A stretch of DNA of 64,000 bases from Verrucomicrobiota bacterium (lineage in GTDB: Bacteria > Verrucomicrobiota > Verrucomicrobiia > Limisphaerales > AAA164-E04), in the NCBI GenBank assembly GCA_047947115.1, contig CP170459.1, positions 5,280,001 through 5,344,000 of the forward strand, given 5' to 3'. A model generated the notes under the pieces. It saw only the letters and a list, made by a program, of their open reading frames with translations, did not search any database and was not told where the DNA came from. Position numbers and translations under genes: made by a program. Within the stretch, counting starts at the first letter, position 1, and each line of letters begins with the position of its first letter. Shown piece by piece: positions 48,004-58,678 of this stretch.

Positions 48004-49530
48004 ATGAACCAGCTATCGTATACATTGATCATTGCCGCCATTTTTCTTGCGGTATTGGACGGAACAATCACCTGTGCTTCCGAATGGGACCAATTCCGCG
48101 GCCCCAATGGTTCGGGCCTTCTGGTGAGCAGTCAACCACCTACTGACTTGTCTCCATCCAGCCGAGTATGGAAGACGTCCATACCAACAGGGCATTCATC
48201 TCCCATCCTCGCTGGGAATCAGATCATTTTGACGGGTGAAAATGGAACAAACCTGGAAACTATCGCATTAGACAAACTATCCGGAGAAATCCTCTGGCGA
48301 AAGAACGCACCGACAGGACCCAAAGAATCCGTGCACGAAGCAAATGGAAGGGCTTCCTCCACCCCGTGCACCGATGGAAAACTCATTTATTCCTATTTCG
48401 GTTCTTATGGATTACTATGCTACGATCTGGATGGAAACCAAATCTGGGAGAAACCGATACCCACTCCCAAAAGCATGTACGGCATGTCCACCTCCCCCAT
48501 CCTGCATGGTGAATCTGTGATCCTGGTGCTGGATGACGACCGGAACCTACCGGATAGCAAATTAAGTCGCTCAAAAGTCTTGGCTTTCGACAAAACAAAT
48601 GGAGAACTTCTGTGGGAAACGCCTCGACCTTACAATCGAAGCAGTTGGTCCACGCCCATGATCTGGACTCATCAGGAAGGATCGGATCTTGTGGTTTTGG
48701 GGAATGGTCGTGTTTACGGATACGCACCGGAAACAGGTGATGAACGCTGGTATGTCAACGGATTCGCGCTGGAAACCATTGCGATTCCAATCGCAGGCAA
48801 CAACAGACTGTATGCTTCAGCATCCATGCGCGGAGGTCGCGGTGATTTGCAACTGGATCCCGAACCGTTCTGGCAAGCCATTCTCACATTCGATCAAAAC
48901 AAGGATCAGCAAATCTCCAAATCCGAAATCTCGACTTACTTCACCATCCCCCTGCGCCCCGAATTACCTGTCGAACATCCGGGGTTCGGCATCCCTCTAC
49001 CGAAGGCCCCAAAAGCGAGGAAGGAACGGCAGGAGCAATTCTTCGACTGGCGCGACCAAAACAAGGATGGTCTTTGGACCAGGGATGAATACTTCGCCGA
49101 CATGCAGATTGGCAGCGGCAGACCACTCATGGCAGCCATCTCACCTGGGGGGCATGGTGATGTGACCGCATCCAAAGTGGATTGGGAATTACGTAGGGGC
49201 ATTCCTGAAATCCCCTCCCCCATTTACTTTGCTCAACGCATTTATCTCCTCCGTGCCGGCGGATTGTTGAGCTGTGTGGATGCAAACACCGGCAAAACCA
49301 TCTACCGCGAACGCCTTCAAGCACCGGGACAATATGCCGCCTCACCCGTGATTGCCAACGGACATCTCTACTGCGCGTCTCAAGAAGGCGTCATCAGTAT
49401 TGTTCCAATCGGTGACACCTTCCGTATCACCAGCCAGGCCGATCTCAAAACCGGCATCACCGCCACACCCGCCCTCGACCAGGACACCCTTTACATTCGC
49501 ACCGAAGACGCATTGCTCGCTTATCGTTGA
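48004..49530 (+). CDS. PQQ-binding-like (BamB-type) beta-propeller protein with EF-hand-like insert
   Basis: Signal peptide, WDQFRGPNGSG, GHSSP, SSTP, ASPV; DQNKDQQIS and DQNKDGLWT loops. Confidence 0.88.
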   Translation: MNQLSYTLIIAAIFLAVLDGTITCASEWDQFRGPNGSGLLVSSQPPTDLSPSSRVWKTSIPTGHSSPILAGNQIILTGENGTNLETIALDKLSGEILWRKNAPTGPKESVHEANGRASSTPCTDGKLIYSYFGSYGLLCYDLDGNQIWEKPIPTPKSMYGMSTSPILHGESVILVLDDDRNLPDSKLSRSKVLAFDKTNGELLWETPRPYNRSSWSTPMIWTHQEGSDLVVLGNGRVYGYAPETGDERWYVNGFALETIAIPIAGNNRLYASASMRGGRGDLQLDPEPFWQAILTFDQNKDQQISKSEISTYFTIPLRPELPVEHPGFGIPLPKAPKARKERQEQFFDWRDQNKDGLWTRDEYFADMQIGSGRPLMAAISPGGHGDVTASKVDWELRRGIPEIPSPIYFAQRIYLLRAGGLLSCVDANTGKTIYRERLQAPGQYAASPVIANGHLYCASQEGVISIVPIGDTFRITSQADLKTGITATPALDQDTLYIRTEDALLAYR

Positions 49531-49587
49531 CAAACAACATTACCTCCCCGAAACACAGCAAGTCACCTGATTACCCAAGCGCCAATT

Positions 49588-49790
49588 TGGAGTGCGGTGA
49601 GCATCACCGCTCTGGATACGCCAGGGAAGCGCGACGGTATTCTCTTCCCCACACCATCGCCTTACCGAAAGGCTCAAGGACAAGGGTGAGCCCGGGCAAA
49701 ACGCTGGGGTGAGGGAACCGATCGTGGGCAAAGCACAGTATTCCTAATTACGAACCAGATCCAGAGCGGTGTCGTGACCACCGCAGTCCA
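49588..49790. repeat. Inverted pair of TGGA(G/C)TGCGG-type REP palindromes
   Basis: TGGAGTGCGGTGAGCATCACCGCTCTGGAT (49588-49617) and the reverse-oriented ATCCAGAGCGGTGTCGTGACCACCGCAGTCCA (49759-49790). Confidence 0.7.
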
Positions 49791-49896
49791 GAAGACTCAA
49801 TTGCGGTCCGTGACATATGCAATGAACCTCGCACCTATAGCAAATCCACTTGAACAAGCTTGGCAATCAAGGCAGGGTCAGAGGCATCAAACAATC

Positions 49897-50967
49897 ATGA
49901 AAAAGGAAGCTCTCAAATTTCTGGAAACACTCGTCAACACACCCAGTCCCTTTGGCCACGAAGTGCGGGGGCAGCGCGTGTGGTTGGACTACGTCAAACC
50001 TTACGCCGATGAAACCTGGAATGACGCGTACGGGAACACCGTCGCCGTGCTCAACAAAGGCGGTTCCCCCCGCATCATGCTGGCGGCGCACGCCGATGAA
50101 ATTGCGTTGTCGGTTAATTACATCGACGACAATGGCTTCATTTATGTGCGGCGTCTGGGCGGCGTGGACGCCACCGTATCCAAAGCACAGCGCGTGGTCA
50201 TTCATAATGCGGCAGGTCCGGTCAACGGCGTGATTGGCAACGTCCCCCCTCATCTGTCGAAGATGGACACCAGCGACAAGAAACCACAGATTCATGAATT
50301 GTTCGTGGACATTGGGGTTTCTTCCAAGGAAGAAGCCTTGAAACTGATCAAGATCGGAGACCCCATCACGGTGAACCGTAACTTCGAAATGTTGCGAAAT
50401 GATCTTGCCGTGGCACGCGCCTTTGACAACCGCGTGGGCACCTTCGCCATCGCCGAAGCGCTGCGACTGCTTCACAAGGACCGGAAAAAACTAAAGGCGG
50501 AAGTGTGTGTCGTATCAAACATCATGGAAGAAGGCGGATGCCTGGGAGCACGCCAGATCGCCTACTCCCTGAATCCTGATGTTGCCTTGGTCACCGACGT
50601 CACCCACGCCACGGATTACCCAACTGTCAACAAAGCCATGCACGGGGATGTCCAGATGGGCAAAGGTCCCTCCCTGACACATGGCGGGCCCAATCATCCG
50701 GTCGTCGTCGAACGCCTGGAGCAAGTTGCCAAAAAGCAAAAGATCGACATCCAACACGAAGCGGTCTCCAGCACAAGTGGCACGGATACCGATGTCATTT
50801 TCTGGACGCGCGGCGGAATTCCGAGCGCATTGATCAGCATCCCCAATCGTTACATGCATTCACCCGTCGAAATGATCAACCTGAAGGATCTCGAAAAGAT
50901 CCCGCAAATCATGGCTGGATTTGTCCTATCAGCCAAAAAGGGTGAAAAGTTTGAAGTGAAGATTTAG
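49897..50967 (+). CDS. M42 family metallo-aminopeptidase
   Basis: PSPFGHE, AAHADEI, RAFDNRVG, MEEGG, GTDTD, RYMHSP.E. Start taken at MKKEAL. Confidence 0.92.
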   Translation: MKKEALKFLETLVNTPSPFGHEVRGQRVWLDYVKPYADETWNDAYGNTVAVLNKGGSPRIMLAAHADEIALSVNYIDDNGFIYVRRLGGVDATVSKAQRVVIHNAAGPVNGVIGNVPPHLSKMDTSDKKPQIHELFVDIGVSSKEEALKLIKIGDPITVNRNFEMLRNDLAVARAFDNRVGTFAIAEALRLLHKDRKKLKAEVCVVSNIMEEGGCLGARQIAYSLNPDVALVTDVTHATDYPTVNKAMHGDVQMGKGPSLTHGGPNHPVVVERLEQVAKKQKIDIQHEAVSSTSGTDTDVIFWTRGGIPSALISIPNRYMHSPVEMINLKDLEKIPQIMAGFVLSAKKGEKFEVKI

Positions 50968-51033
50968 TCCACCATTTTCAAACCACGCAAACACCATCCT
51001 GAATCTTCGGATAATATTCTCCGAAACGATCAC

Positions 51034-52002
51034 ATGCATTCCAAAGTGTTCATTTGCGCATCACTGCTGATCTCCCTGATGACATTGTCGGGAGGAGAAC
51101 CGCCTTTCCATGGCACCATCTTTCTGGATCCCGACATCATCACTCAGGAGGATCCAAGCACATTTGAAGAACTCAAAGATGCAGGCAGAGGAATGCGCCG
51201 GATGTTTGACCGCCGTGTGAACGGGTGGATTCAGGAAAACGCTTTTCTTTTCGAAGCCAACTTCAACGATGGGCTCAGCATCGAAGTCCAGGTCAATCCT
51301 GAACACGAAAATGTCGATCTGGCGCGTCAAGAAGCGGAACGGTATGCCCCTGTCATCGGGCAACTCCCAACCGCTTTACGTAAAGATGTTCAAACCGCAT
51401 GGATACATAAAGGCGTGCAACCATTCGGAGGCGGGAACAACAATCTGCTCATTCACACTGGACAAGCCGCCCGATATGAAAAAGACGGTATTCTTGAGGA
51501 AACCCTCGTGCATGAAGCCTCCCACACTTCGCTGGACGCGACACATGCCCGTTCCGCTGAATGGCTGGAAGCTCAAACGAAGGACACCTCATTCATCTCC
51601 ACCTACGCAAGAGACAATCCAAACCGGGAAGATATCGCGGAGAGTTTTCTCTTATTCCTGGCCTTGGAACATCGCCGGGATCGGATTTCCAATGAGCTGG
51701 CAACCACCATTGAAAACACCATACCGCACCGACTCGCCTACTTTCGTTCAATAGACTTCGATTTACATCCAGTAACACCCAGGAAACCCGTTGCATTGCT
51801 GAACCATCAGTTTGACCGGGCCAGGCAATTGTGGCATCTGGAGTGGATTCCCACTCAAGGAAGGCAGTATGAAGTGTCCATTTCTCATGATTTGAAATCA
51901 TGGACGTCGCTGGTTACGATCCCTTCGTCCCAGGAAGACAACGGAACCTGGCAGCAAACCAAGCCACTCGGCCACAAGGCCTATTTCCTGCAGGTGAGAT
52001 AA
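51034..52002 (+). CDS. Secreted protein with HExxH zinc motif
   Basis: Signal peptide, LVHEASHTSLD, STYA...REDIAESF; short C-terminal beta domain. Confidence 0.7.
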   Translation: MHSKVFICASLLISLMTLSGGEPPFHGTIFLDPDIITQEDPSTFEELKDAGRGMRRMFDRRVNGWIQENAFLFEANFNDGLSIEVQVNPEHENVDLARQEAERYAPVIGQLPTALRKDVQTAWIHKGVQPFGGGNNNLLIHTGQAARYEKDGILEETLVHEASHTSLDATHARSAEWLEAQTKDTSFISTYARDNPNREDIAESFLLFLALEHRRDRISNELATTIENTIPHRLAYFRSIDFDLHPVTPRKPVALLNHQFDRARQLWHLEWIPTQGRQYEVSISHDLKSWTSLVTIPSSQEDNGTWQQTKPLGHKAYFLQVR

Positions 52003-52017
52003 AAGATCCGCACGATC

Positions 52018-54033
52018 ATGAAAAGAGTTCAATTATTACCCGACCATGTCGCCAATCAAATCGCTGCGGGCGAAGTGGTGGAACGACCTGCCAGCGTGGT
52101 GAAGGAACTGGTGGAAAACGCCATTGATGCCGGTTCCAAACGGATCACGGTGGAGATTGATGCGGGCGGACGCAGTTTGATCCGCGTGACCGATGACGGT
52201 ATCGGCATGAACCGTGACGACGCACTTATGTGCCTGGAAAGACATGCCACCAGCAAGATTCGGGAAGCGACCGATCTGGAAGACATTCACACCATGGGAT
52301 TCCGCGGCGAAGCCCTCCCAAGTATCGCCAGCGTCAGCCGTTTCACACTGACCACCCGCGAACGCGATGATGCATCAGGCGAAGCCACACGCATCGTGAT
52401 TCAAGGCGGCAAAATGTCCCATGTGGAGGCAGCGCCCAGCCCGTCGGGAACCTGCATTGAAGTGCGGCAGTTGTTCTTCAACATGCCCGCACGAAAGAAA
52501 TTTCTGAAGACCAAGGAAACGGAAAAATCTCACATTCAGCAATACCTGACGCTGGCCCTGCTGGCACATCCACAGATCGGGTTCAAATTCGTTCAGGATC
52601 AAAGAACCGTCTTTCATTTGAACCCTGTTGAAATGGATGAATCCCCGGAGTCGAAGATGAAGGCTTTGCAGGAGCGCTTGAGATTCCTCTATGCGGAAGA
52701 TGTGCGTCTGTTGCCGGTTCAGTTTGAAGACACCATCCAGACCAAGGTAAGAGGTGAAGACAAGGATTACTTCGAGGAAAACCCCGTTCATATCTGGGGA
52801 TTCACCGGAGCGCCAGGAGTCGCCCGGTCATCGCGCGCCGATCAGTATCTATTCGTGAACCAGCGCCCCATCGAAAACCGCGCCCTGAACTTCGCCCTGA
52901 TGGAAGCTTATCATACGGCGTTGATGAAGGGGAAATATCCGGTGTGCTGCCTGTTTTTCGAACTCTCCCCGGCCTTCGTGGATGTGAATGTTCACCCCGC
53001 CAAGAAAGAAGTGCGATTCCACAACGAATATGCTGTGAAGCAATGCGCCGTGCGCGCCGTGAAACGCGCGCTTTTACAATTCTCCATGGGATCCGCTCCA
53101 ATACCGAATCAAGCCGTTGCGCCTCCTGTCGAAATTTCAACTGATGCGGAAGATGCGGTTCCCGTTTCTCCTGGAACCACGACTTATCCGGCGCCTGGCA
53201 CCGATCGTTCATCAGACGTGCCTCCGCCCAGATCGGAAGTCATGTCGCTGCCCACATTTGAAAACCTGGCTCCCGTTCAAAACAAGCGCAAGCAAACCCC
53301 GTCAACAGGAACCGCTGCTACACCACACGGAATATGGGAATCCCATGTTCATACTGCAGACCATCCACCGCAGCCTGTGTCGACGCAGGGAACGCCACCC
53401 TCTGCCCCCGTTCATCAGCCAAGCAACATTGGAGCTCCTACTCCTCTGCTTGCAATTCCAATGCGAATCATCGGGGTCTTAGGGAAGTTATATGTATTGC
53501 TAGAATCCGACCGGGGACTGGTTTTGCTCGATCAGCACGCCGCACATGAACGCATTCTTTTCGAAAAAATGCTTCGTCAATTGGAAACCGGCGAAGCACC
53601 ATCCCAACGATTGTTACTTGCGGAGACCATTGAATTAAGTCACAAGGACGCGCTCTTCCTCCATAAAGTAATCGAAAAACTCCAGAAGCTAGGCGTGGAA
53701 GTCCGGGAGTTCGGTGAAAACACATTCATACTGGATGCCCTCCCCCCCTTCGTCAAAGCCAAGGACACGAGACAATACATGCTGGATGTCATCGACGCAT
53801 TGAAAGAATCCGGCGAAGTCAACAAACTGCGGCTGGGTGAAGATGTCATCGCCAAAACCGTGTGCCGACATGCGGTCAAAGCCAACGACATCCTGCGCGG
53901 ACCGGAACTGGAAAAACTGATCGAAGACCTCAAAGCGTGCGGGATGCCCTACACCTGCCCCCACGGTCGCCCCACCTTGATCGAAATGACCTTCGGTGAA
54001 CTGGAAAAGAAATTCGGACGCATCCAGGGATAA
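52018..54033 (+). CDS. mutL: DNA mismatch repair protein MutL
   Basis: NQIAAGEVVERPASVVKELVEN, HATSK, GFRGEAL, DVNVHP.K.EV, DQHAAHER, CPHGRP. Confidence 0.98.
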   Translation: MKRVQLLPDHVANQIAAGEVVERPASVVKELVENAIDAGSKRITVEIDAGGRSLIRVTDDGIGMNRDDALMCLERHATSKIREATDLEDIHTMGFRGEALPSIASVSRFTLTTRERDDASGEATRIVIQGGKMSHVEAAPSPSGTCIEVRQLFFNMPARKKFLKTKETEKSHIQQYLTLALLAHPQIGFKFVQDQRTVFHLNPVEMDESPESKMKALQERLRFLYAEDVRLLPVQFEDTIQTKVRGEDKDYFEENPVHIWGFTGAPGVARSSRADQYLFVNQRPIENRALNFALMEAYHTALMKGKYPVCCLFFELSPAFVDVNVHPAKKEVRFHNEYAVKQCAVRAVKRALLQFSMGSAPIPNQAVAPPVEISTDAEDAVPVSPGTTTYPAPGTDRSSDVPPPRSEVMSLPTFENLAPVQNKRKQTPSTGTAATPHGIWESHVHTADHPPQPVSTQGTPPSAPVHQPSNIGAPTPLLAIPMRIIGVLGKLYVLLESDRGLVLLDQHAAHERILFEKMLRQLETGEAPSQRLLLAETIELSHKDALFLHKVIEKLQKLGVEVREFGENTFILDALPPFVKAKDTRQYMLDVIDALKESGEVNKLRLGEDVIAKTVCRHAVKANDILRGPELEKLIEDLKACGMPYTCPHGRPTLIEMTFGELEKKFGRIQG

Positions 54034-54067
54034 GGTACCGGCTCACAGTGGAGTGAGTTTGGTTTGC

Positions 54068-54151
54068 TTTTAGGTGTTAGCTGTTAGCTTTTAGATATTA
54101 GGTGTTAGCTGTTAGCTGATGGTTGTTAGCTTTTAGGTGTTGGCTGTTGGG
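54068..54151. repeat. Degenerate heptamer tandem array (consensus TGTTAGC), about 12 units
   Basis: ttttagg tgttagc tgttagc ttttaga tattagg tgttagc tgttagc tgatggt tgttagc ttttagg tgttggc tgttggg. Confidence 0.85.
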
Positions 54152-55379
54152 GCTTTTGTAAGTGATGAAAATTTCGGCTTGTCTGGCCGAGCCGTTTTTT
54201 TCCACGCAGCAGGACAAGACTTATCACGATGCAGACACACATCAGAACGGTCAATCCCAGATAAAACTGGAAGCCGTTCACCAGCCCAAACCGCTCCGAA
54301 AGTGCGGACATGGCAAAGGGAAACAAAAACACCCCCAACCCGCCACTGGTCGACACCATCCCGATTGCCGCGCTTTGCCTTTTGGGAAAACTCATACCGA
54401 TCAGGGACATCACACAGGGATAAACGATCGAGTACCCCACCCCTGTCAGGAAAAACAACAAAGCGGACAACCAGGGCATCCGAATCCAAATCGCCAGCAA
54501 CAAGGCTACCAATGATCCCAATGAACTGATCAACAAATGGTTCCCCTGACGTTTACCGTGATCCCAGAGTCCATGCGCCATACGCCCAAGAAACACCCCG
54601 AACCAAAACAGAGCCACCATCAAGGCCCCGACCGAAGCAGAGGTTTGGTGAATTTTCACGAAGTATTCGGCGATCCAATTTGAAATACCAATCTCCGCTC
54701 CCACATAAAAAAAGATGGTGGCAGCCAGGAATACCAACAAGGGGTCACGGAGTTTGGAATGTTCTCGGGAATTTCCGGATGCGTTGGAAGCATGTTGCGA
54801 TTCATGGTGGTTCATCCAGGAACCGGCACGAACGGTCCAAACCAGCATGCCCACCGCGACCGCCGCCATGATCATATAAACCCAGCGCCAGGGAGCTTGC
54901 ATCCAGGCAAGGAATCCTGCCATAAACGGGGCTGCCATCGCTCCAATGGTAAAAGCGGAATGCACCAGATTCATCAAACGGCTCTGACCTGGACTTTCGA
55001 TACGCACCACTCCCACATTGATGGAAACCTCCACCGCGCCCTGTCCCAATCCAAGTATTACGAACATCACCATGTTGATCGGCAATGAAGCCCCCATCCC
55101 AAAACCACCGATCCCGATAGCCTGCAGCAACAACCCCACCACCATCAAACGACGGATTCCCAGGTGAGGAAGCACCAACCCGGTCACAAAGGTGGACAAA
55201 AAATATCCCGCGGCACTCGCCGCGAAAATCCAACCCGCCGCCAGATAACTCCATTCGAAGTGACGAATCACCAACGGCAACGTGGCGCCGGCGGTGGTCC
55301 CGATACCTCCAAACACAAGGAAATTGGCATAGTAATAAACCACCGATGCACGTGTTGATCTGGTTGTATCCGATGACAT
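54126..55379 (-). CDS. MFS transporter (fucose/glucose permease-like)
   Basis: About 12 TM helices, MNLVHSAFTIGA, FFYVGAEIG..NW, GRM. Start taken at MSSDT. Confidence 0.88.
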   Translation of the reverse strand: MSSDTTRSTRASVVYYYANFLVFGGIGTTAGATLPLVIRHFEWSYLAAGWIFAASAAGYFLSTFVTGLVLPHLGIRRLMVVGLLLQAIGIGGFGMGASLPINMVMFVILGLGQGAVEVSINVGVVRIESPGQSRLMNLVHSAFTIGAMAAPFMAGFLAWMQAPWRWVYMIMAAVAVGMLVWTVRAGSWMNHHESQHASNASGNSREHSKLRDPLLVFLAATIFFYVGAEIGISNWIAEYFVKIHQTSASVGALMVALFWFGVFLGRMAHGLWDHGKRQGNHLLISSLGSLVALLLAIWIRMPWLSALLFFLTGVGYSIVYPCVMSLIGMSFPKRQSAAIGMVSTSGGLGVFLFPFAMSALSERFGLVNGFQFYLGLTVLMCVCIVISLVLLRGKKRLGQTSRNFHHLQKPQQPTPKS

Positions 55380-55482
55380 CGGGGCGAAGTAGATCAAATC
55401 AATGCCCCATGATCCACTTGATTCTCACTTTCGGTTTAAAAAGTTGATCAAGATTCTTGGATCCACTTTACTCGGACCACAC

Positions 55483-56910
55483 ATGAACACCGTCACGGCA
55501 CACAAGAAATCGCGTCTGAAGCGATGGGGAATCGTCGTCCTCTGTTTCGGTCTGTTGACGTGCTTCATCTGTTTCACAGGTGTGGATCACAAGCCTTACC
55601 TGGAAAGCCATTACTACAAACAAACACTGACCGCCATCGAGCAGACAACTCCTGACGATCGCCTCGCCACTCTGTCCACCCTCTACGTGGGAACGGGAAA
55701 ATCTTCCATTATCCCCGCAATATCGGGAACCACCAAAGAGGTGGAACAAGGAATCTTCCCCGGACTGCCGCTCGGAGGTTATGGCGCACGCAGGGGCGCT
55801 CCTGCCACCGGCACGCTGGACCCGCTTTACGTGAAGGCGCTTTGGCTCAAGAGTGGCGGCGTGGAAGGAGCGGTTGTGGCGATGGACATGTTGACCCCGC
55901 CCTTCGAAATGATTGATCTGTTCCGTGAGGAAGTTTCCAATCGACTGGGTCTGCCACCGGGACATTTCTACTTTGGCGCGACCCACAGCCATGGCGGGCC
56001 GGGAGGCTGGGCGAAAGGAATGGTGGGAGAAGCGTTTGCCGGCCCTTACGAATCCGGATTCAATCTCTGGTTGAAAGAACGTGTGTTTGAAAGCCTGGAA
56101 ACCGCCAGGAAATCACTTCAACCCGCTTCCATCGCTTTCAGTGAAACCGAGATGCCCGACTGGGTGCACAACCGGCTCGTTCATGAAAACGGCATCGAAG
56201 ATCCCATGTTGCAATCCCTGTTCATTCAGCCTGAATCGGGCCCCCTCATCACCATCGGATCCTTCTCAGCTCATGCAACGGTGATGGGATCGGATTCCAT
56301 GCAGTTTTGCGGGGATTACCCGGGACACTGGGCTAACGCGGTGGAGAACGAAACGGGCGGATTTGCCATGTTTCTCGCCGGAGGTGTCGGCAGTCACAGT
56401 CCAACGGTCAAAACCAAAGGACACTCGGCTGCGGAAGATATGGGACAGGCATTGGCCAGGCAAACTGTTCAGCAATGGAAAATCGCAGAGTTCGCAAAAG
56501 AACCGACCCTGTCGTTAACGGAATGGGACATTCACCTGCCGGAACCTCACGTGCGCGTCGTTGGCAACGTTCGATTGAGACCATGGCTCGCGAAAAAACT
56601 CCTGCCCACCGAACGGTCTGTTCCCCTGCCCGGCTTACGACTGGGAAATGTCCTGCTCATCGGAACTCCATGTGATTTCAGCGGAGAATTGGCGGCGGGA
56701 TTACGCGAGCATTTTCAGGTGGGCGGATTTCATTCGATGATCACCAGTTTCAATGGTGATTACATTGGCTATGTGGTACCACAAAAGTATTATTATCTGA
56801 ATGCATACGAGTCCAAACTCATGTCCTTTTACGGCCCCAGCACTGCACCCTATCTCACCGATATGGTCCGACGACTCGGACATCATCTGATGGATACCGT
56901 CACGCCCTGA
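55483..56910 (+). CDS. Neutral/alkaline ceramidase N-terminal-domain protein
   Basis: PLGGYG, DPLYVKAL, ATHSHGGP, SAHAT, GDYPG, YIGY. Start taken at MNTVT. Confidence 0.82.
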   Translation: MNTVTAHKKSRLKRWGIVVLCFGLLTCFICFTGVDHKPYLESHYYKQTLTAIEQTTPDDRLATLSTLYVGTGKSSIIPAISGTTKEVEQGIFPGLPLGGYGARRGAPATGTLDPLYVKALWLKSGGVEGAVVAMDMLTPPFEMIDLFREEVSNRLGLPPGHFYFGATHSHGGPGGWAKGMVGEAFAGPYESGFNLWLKERVFESLETARKSLQPASIAFSETEMPDWVHNRLVHENGIEDPMLQSLFIQPESGPLITIGSFSAHATVMGSDSMQFCGDYPGHWANAVENETGGFAMFLAGGVGSHSPTVKTKGHSAAEDMGQALARQTVQQWKIAEFAKEPTLSLTEWDIHLPEPHVRVVGNVRLRPWLAKKLLPTERSVPLPGLRLGNVLLIGTPCDFSGELAAGLREHFQVGGFHSMITSFNGDYIGYVVPQKYYYLNAYESKLMSFYGPSTAPYLTDMVRRLGHHLMDTVTP

Positions 56911-57078
56911 AATTCCTTTTCATGCTATCGTGTCTTACTGCGGCACGGCACGATTCTTTCGAAGAAGGTAGCAACATATATAACCGGCTATGAATACGTT
57001 ATATCGCATTCATTAGCGTGTTCGCACATCACTTCAGATGTTCAAACACCTCCTGATTGCCCGCTGATAACCCCTTAA

Positions 57079-57735
57079 TCAAGCCAGTGATTGATGACGG
57101 ATATCCTTTGCTTCGCAGAGGAAGACAACTTCTTCAGCGATGTTGCTGGCGTGGTCACCGATACGTTCCAGGCTCTTGGCAATGGTGATGTAGTGGAGGC
57201 AACGCATGGCACATTCCGGTTCCCGCACCATCCATTCGGTCATGCGATGATAGATCGCCTTGTTCATCGCGTCGGCTTCCTTGTCCCGCAACACGATTTT
57301 GCGGGCGACATCAGCTTGACGAAAGACAAAGGCATCAAGGGAAGCCTTAAGCATATCGATCACCAGATGAGCCAGGGGTTCGATATCGACGTGAGATTTC
57401 AAAGGGCTTTCCTTCATCAGCTCCAGGCTTCTGCGGGAAATGGTGGTGGCTTCGTCTCCGACCCGCTCCAGTTCGGTTGAAATCTTCATGGCCATGGCAA
57501 TGAACCGCAGATCGGAAGCCAATGGAGCCTGGGCAAGCATCACGATTGCAAATTCATCCACTTCTTTCTCCAACTGATCAATGACCGAATCCTGCTCTTT
57601 GACGGACCTGGCCAATCGTTCCTCCCGGTCCAAAACTGATTGCACAGCACCTCTTACACAGTGCTCCGCATTACTTGCCATCAAGAGGAGTTTTTCCTTC
57701 AGTTGCTCGGTCTCAATGTGGATTTGTTGGGTCAT
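57079..57735 (-). CDS. phoU: Phosphate signalling complex protein PhoU
   Basis: PLASDLR, LERVGD, LERIGDHASNIAE. Confidence 0.96.
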   Translation of the reverse strand: MTQQIHIETEQLKEKLLLMASNAEHCVRGAVQSVLDREERLARSVKEQDSVIDQLEKEVDEFAIVMLAQAPLASDLRFIAMAMKISTELERVGDEATTISRRSLELMKESPLKSHVDIEPLAHLVIDMLKASLDAFVFRQADVARKIVLRDKEADAMNKAIYHRMTEWMVREPECAMRCLHYITIAKSLERIGDHASNIAEEVVFLCEAKDIRHQSLA

Positions 57736-57778
57736 AGGCTATGGTGATTCAAACGCATCAATACCTAGACAGTATGCA

Positions 57779-58678
57779 TCATCCAAAGCGCCCTGTCACG
57801 TAATCCTCGGTTTGTTTTTTTGAAGGAAAAGTAAAAATCCTCTTGGTTGGTCCCATTTCCACCAGTTCACCAAGGTAGAAGAAAGCTGTTTCATCCGAAA
57901 TCCGGGCGGCTTGCTGCATGTTATGCGTTACCAAAACGATCGTGTAATCCTGTTTCAAACTCAGAATTAGTTCTTCTATGCGAGCCGTCGCCACCGGATC
58001 CAAAGCAGATGCGGGTTCATCCATGAGCAATATTTGCGGTTGAACCGCAATCGCTCGAGCGATGCATAGGCGCTGTTGCTGCCCGCCGCTCAAACTGAGG
58101 GCATTGCGCTGCAGATCGTCTTTTACTTCGTCCCACAATGCAGCGAGTCGCAAACTTGTTTCGACTTTTGCATCGATTTCCTTCACATCCTTTTCTCCAT
58201 GGAGACGCAGCCCGAAAGCAATGTTTTCATAAACAGACTTTGGGAACGGATTGGATTTCTGAAAAACCATCCCAACATGCTTGCGCAGCTGGATCACATT
58301 GACCGATCGGTCGTTGATATCCACCCCACCAATACGAACGGATCCCTCAACCGAGGTTTGTTCGATGAGATCATTCATGCGATTCAGGCATCGCAAGAGG
58401 GTAGATTTCCCACAACCGGATGGTCCTATGAATGAAGTCACCCTGTTTTGTAAAATATTGAGCGTCACTTTGTGCAGCGCCCGAGTCACTCCGTAGAAAA
58501 AGGACAGCCCTTCAATTTCAACCAACACCTCACGCTGCAGGTTCACCTTTTCAGGCGACGAATCGGTGCTGGTTGCTTTCGGTTGTTCGGGTTTCATCAA
58601 AAAGGACTGTGACATTGATTTTAACGGTGTTGAGGGTGTGATTTCAAACGACATAAGTTGGTTTTTATCAACTGTCAT
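57779..58678 (-). CDS. pstB: Phosphate ABC transporter ATPase PstB
   Basis: [54 protein letters not shown]. Confidence 0.97.
   Translation of the reverse strand: MTVDKNQLMSFEITPSTPLKSMSQSFLMKPEQPKATSTDSSPEKVNLQREVLVEIEGLSFFYGVTRALHKVTLNILQNRVTSFIGPSGCGKSTLLRCLNRMNDLIEQTSVEGSVRIGGVDINDRSVNVIQLRKHVGMVFQKSNPFPKSVYENIAFGLRLHGEKDVKEIDAKVETSLRLAALWDEVKDDLQRNALSLSGGQQQRLCIARAIAVQPQILLMDEPASALDPVATARIEELILSLKQDYTIVLVTHNMQQAARISDETAFFYLGELVEMGPTKRIFTFPSKKQTEDYVTGRFG

Noticed and set aside
49774..49896. N-terminal extension of the M42 peptidase
   Set aside because: It begins inside a REP palindrome; family similarity starts at MKKEAL (49897).
56911..57078. Possible structured RNA between the ceramidase-like gene and phoU
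   Set aside because: Only short imperfect hairpins between convergent genes, consistent with termination; no tRNA or riboswitch signature recognised.
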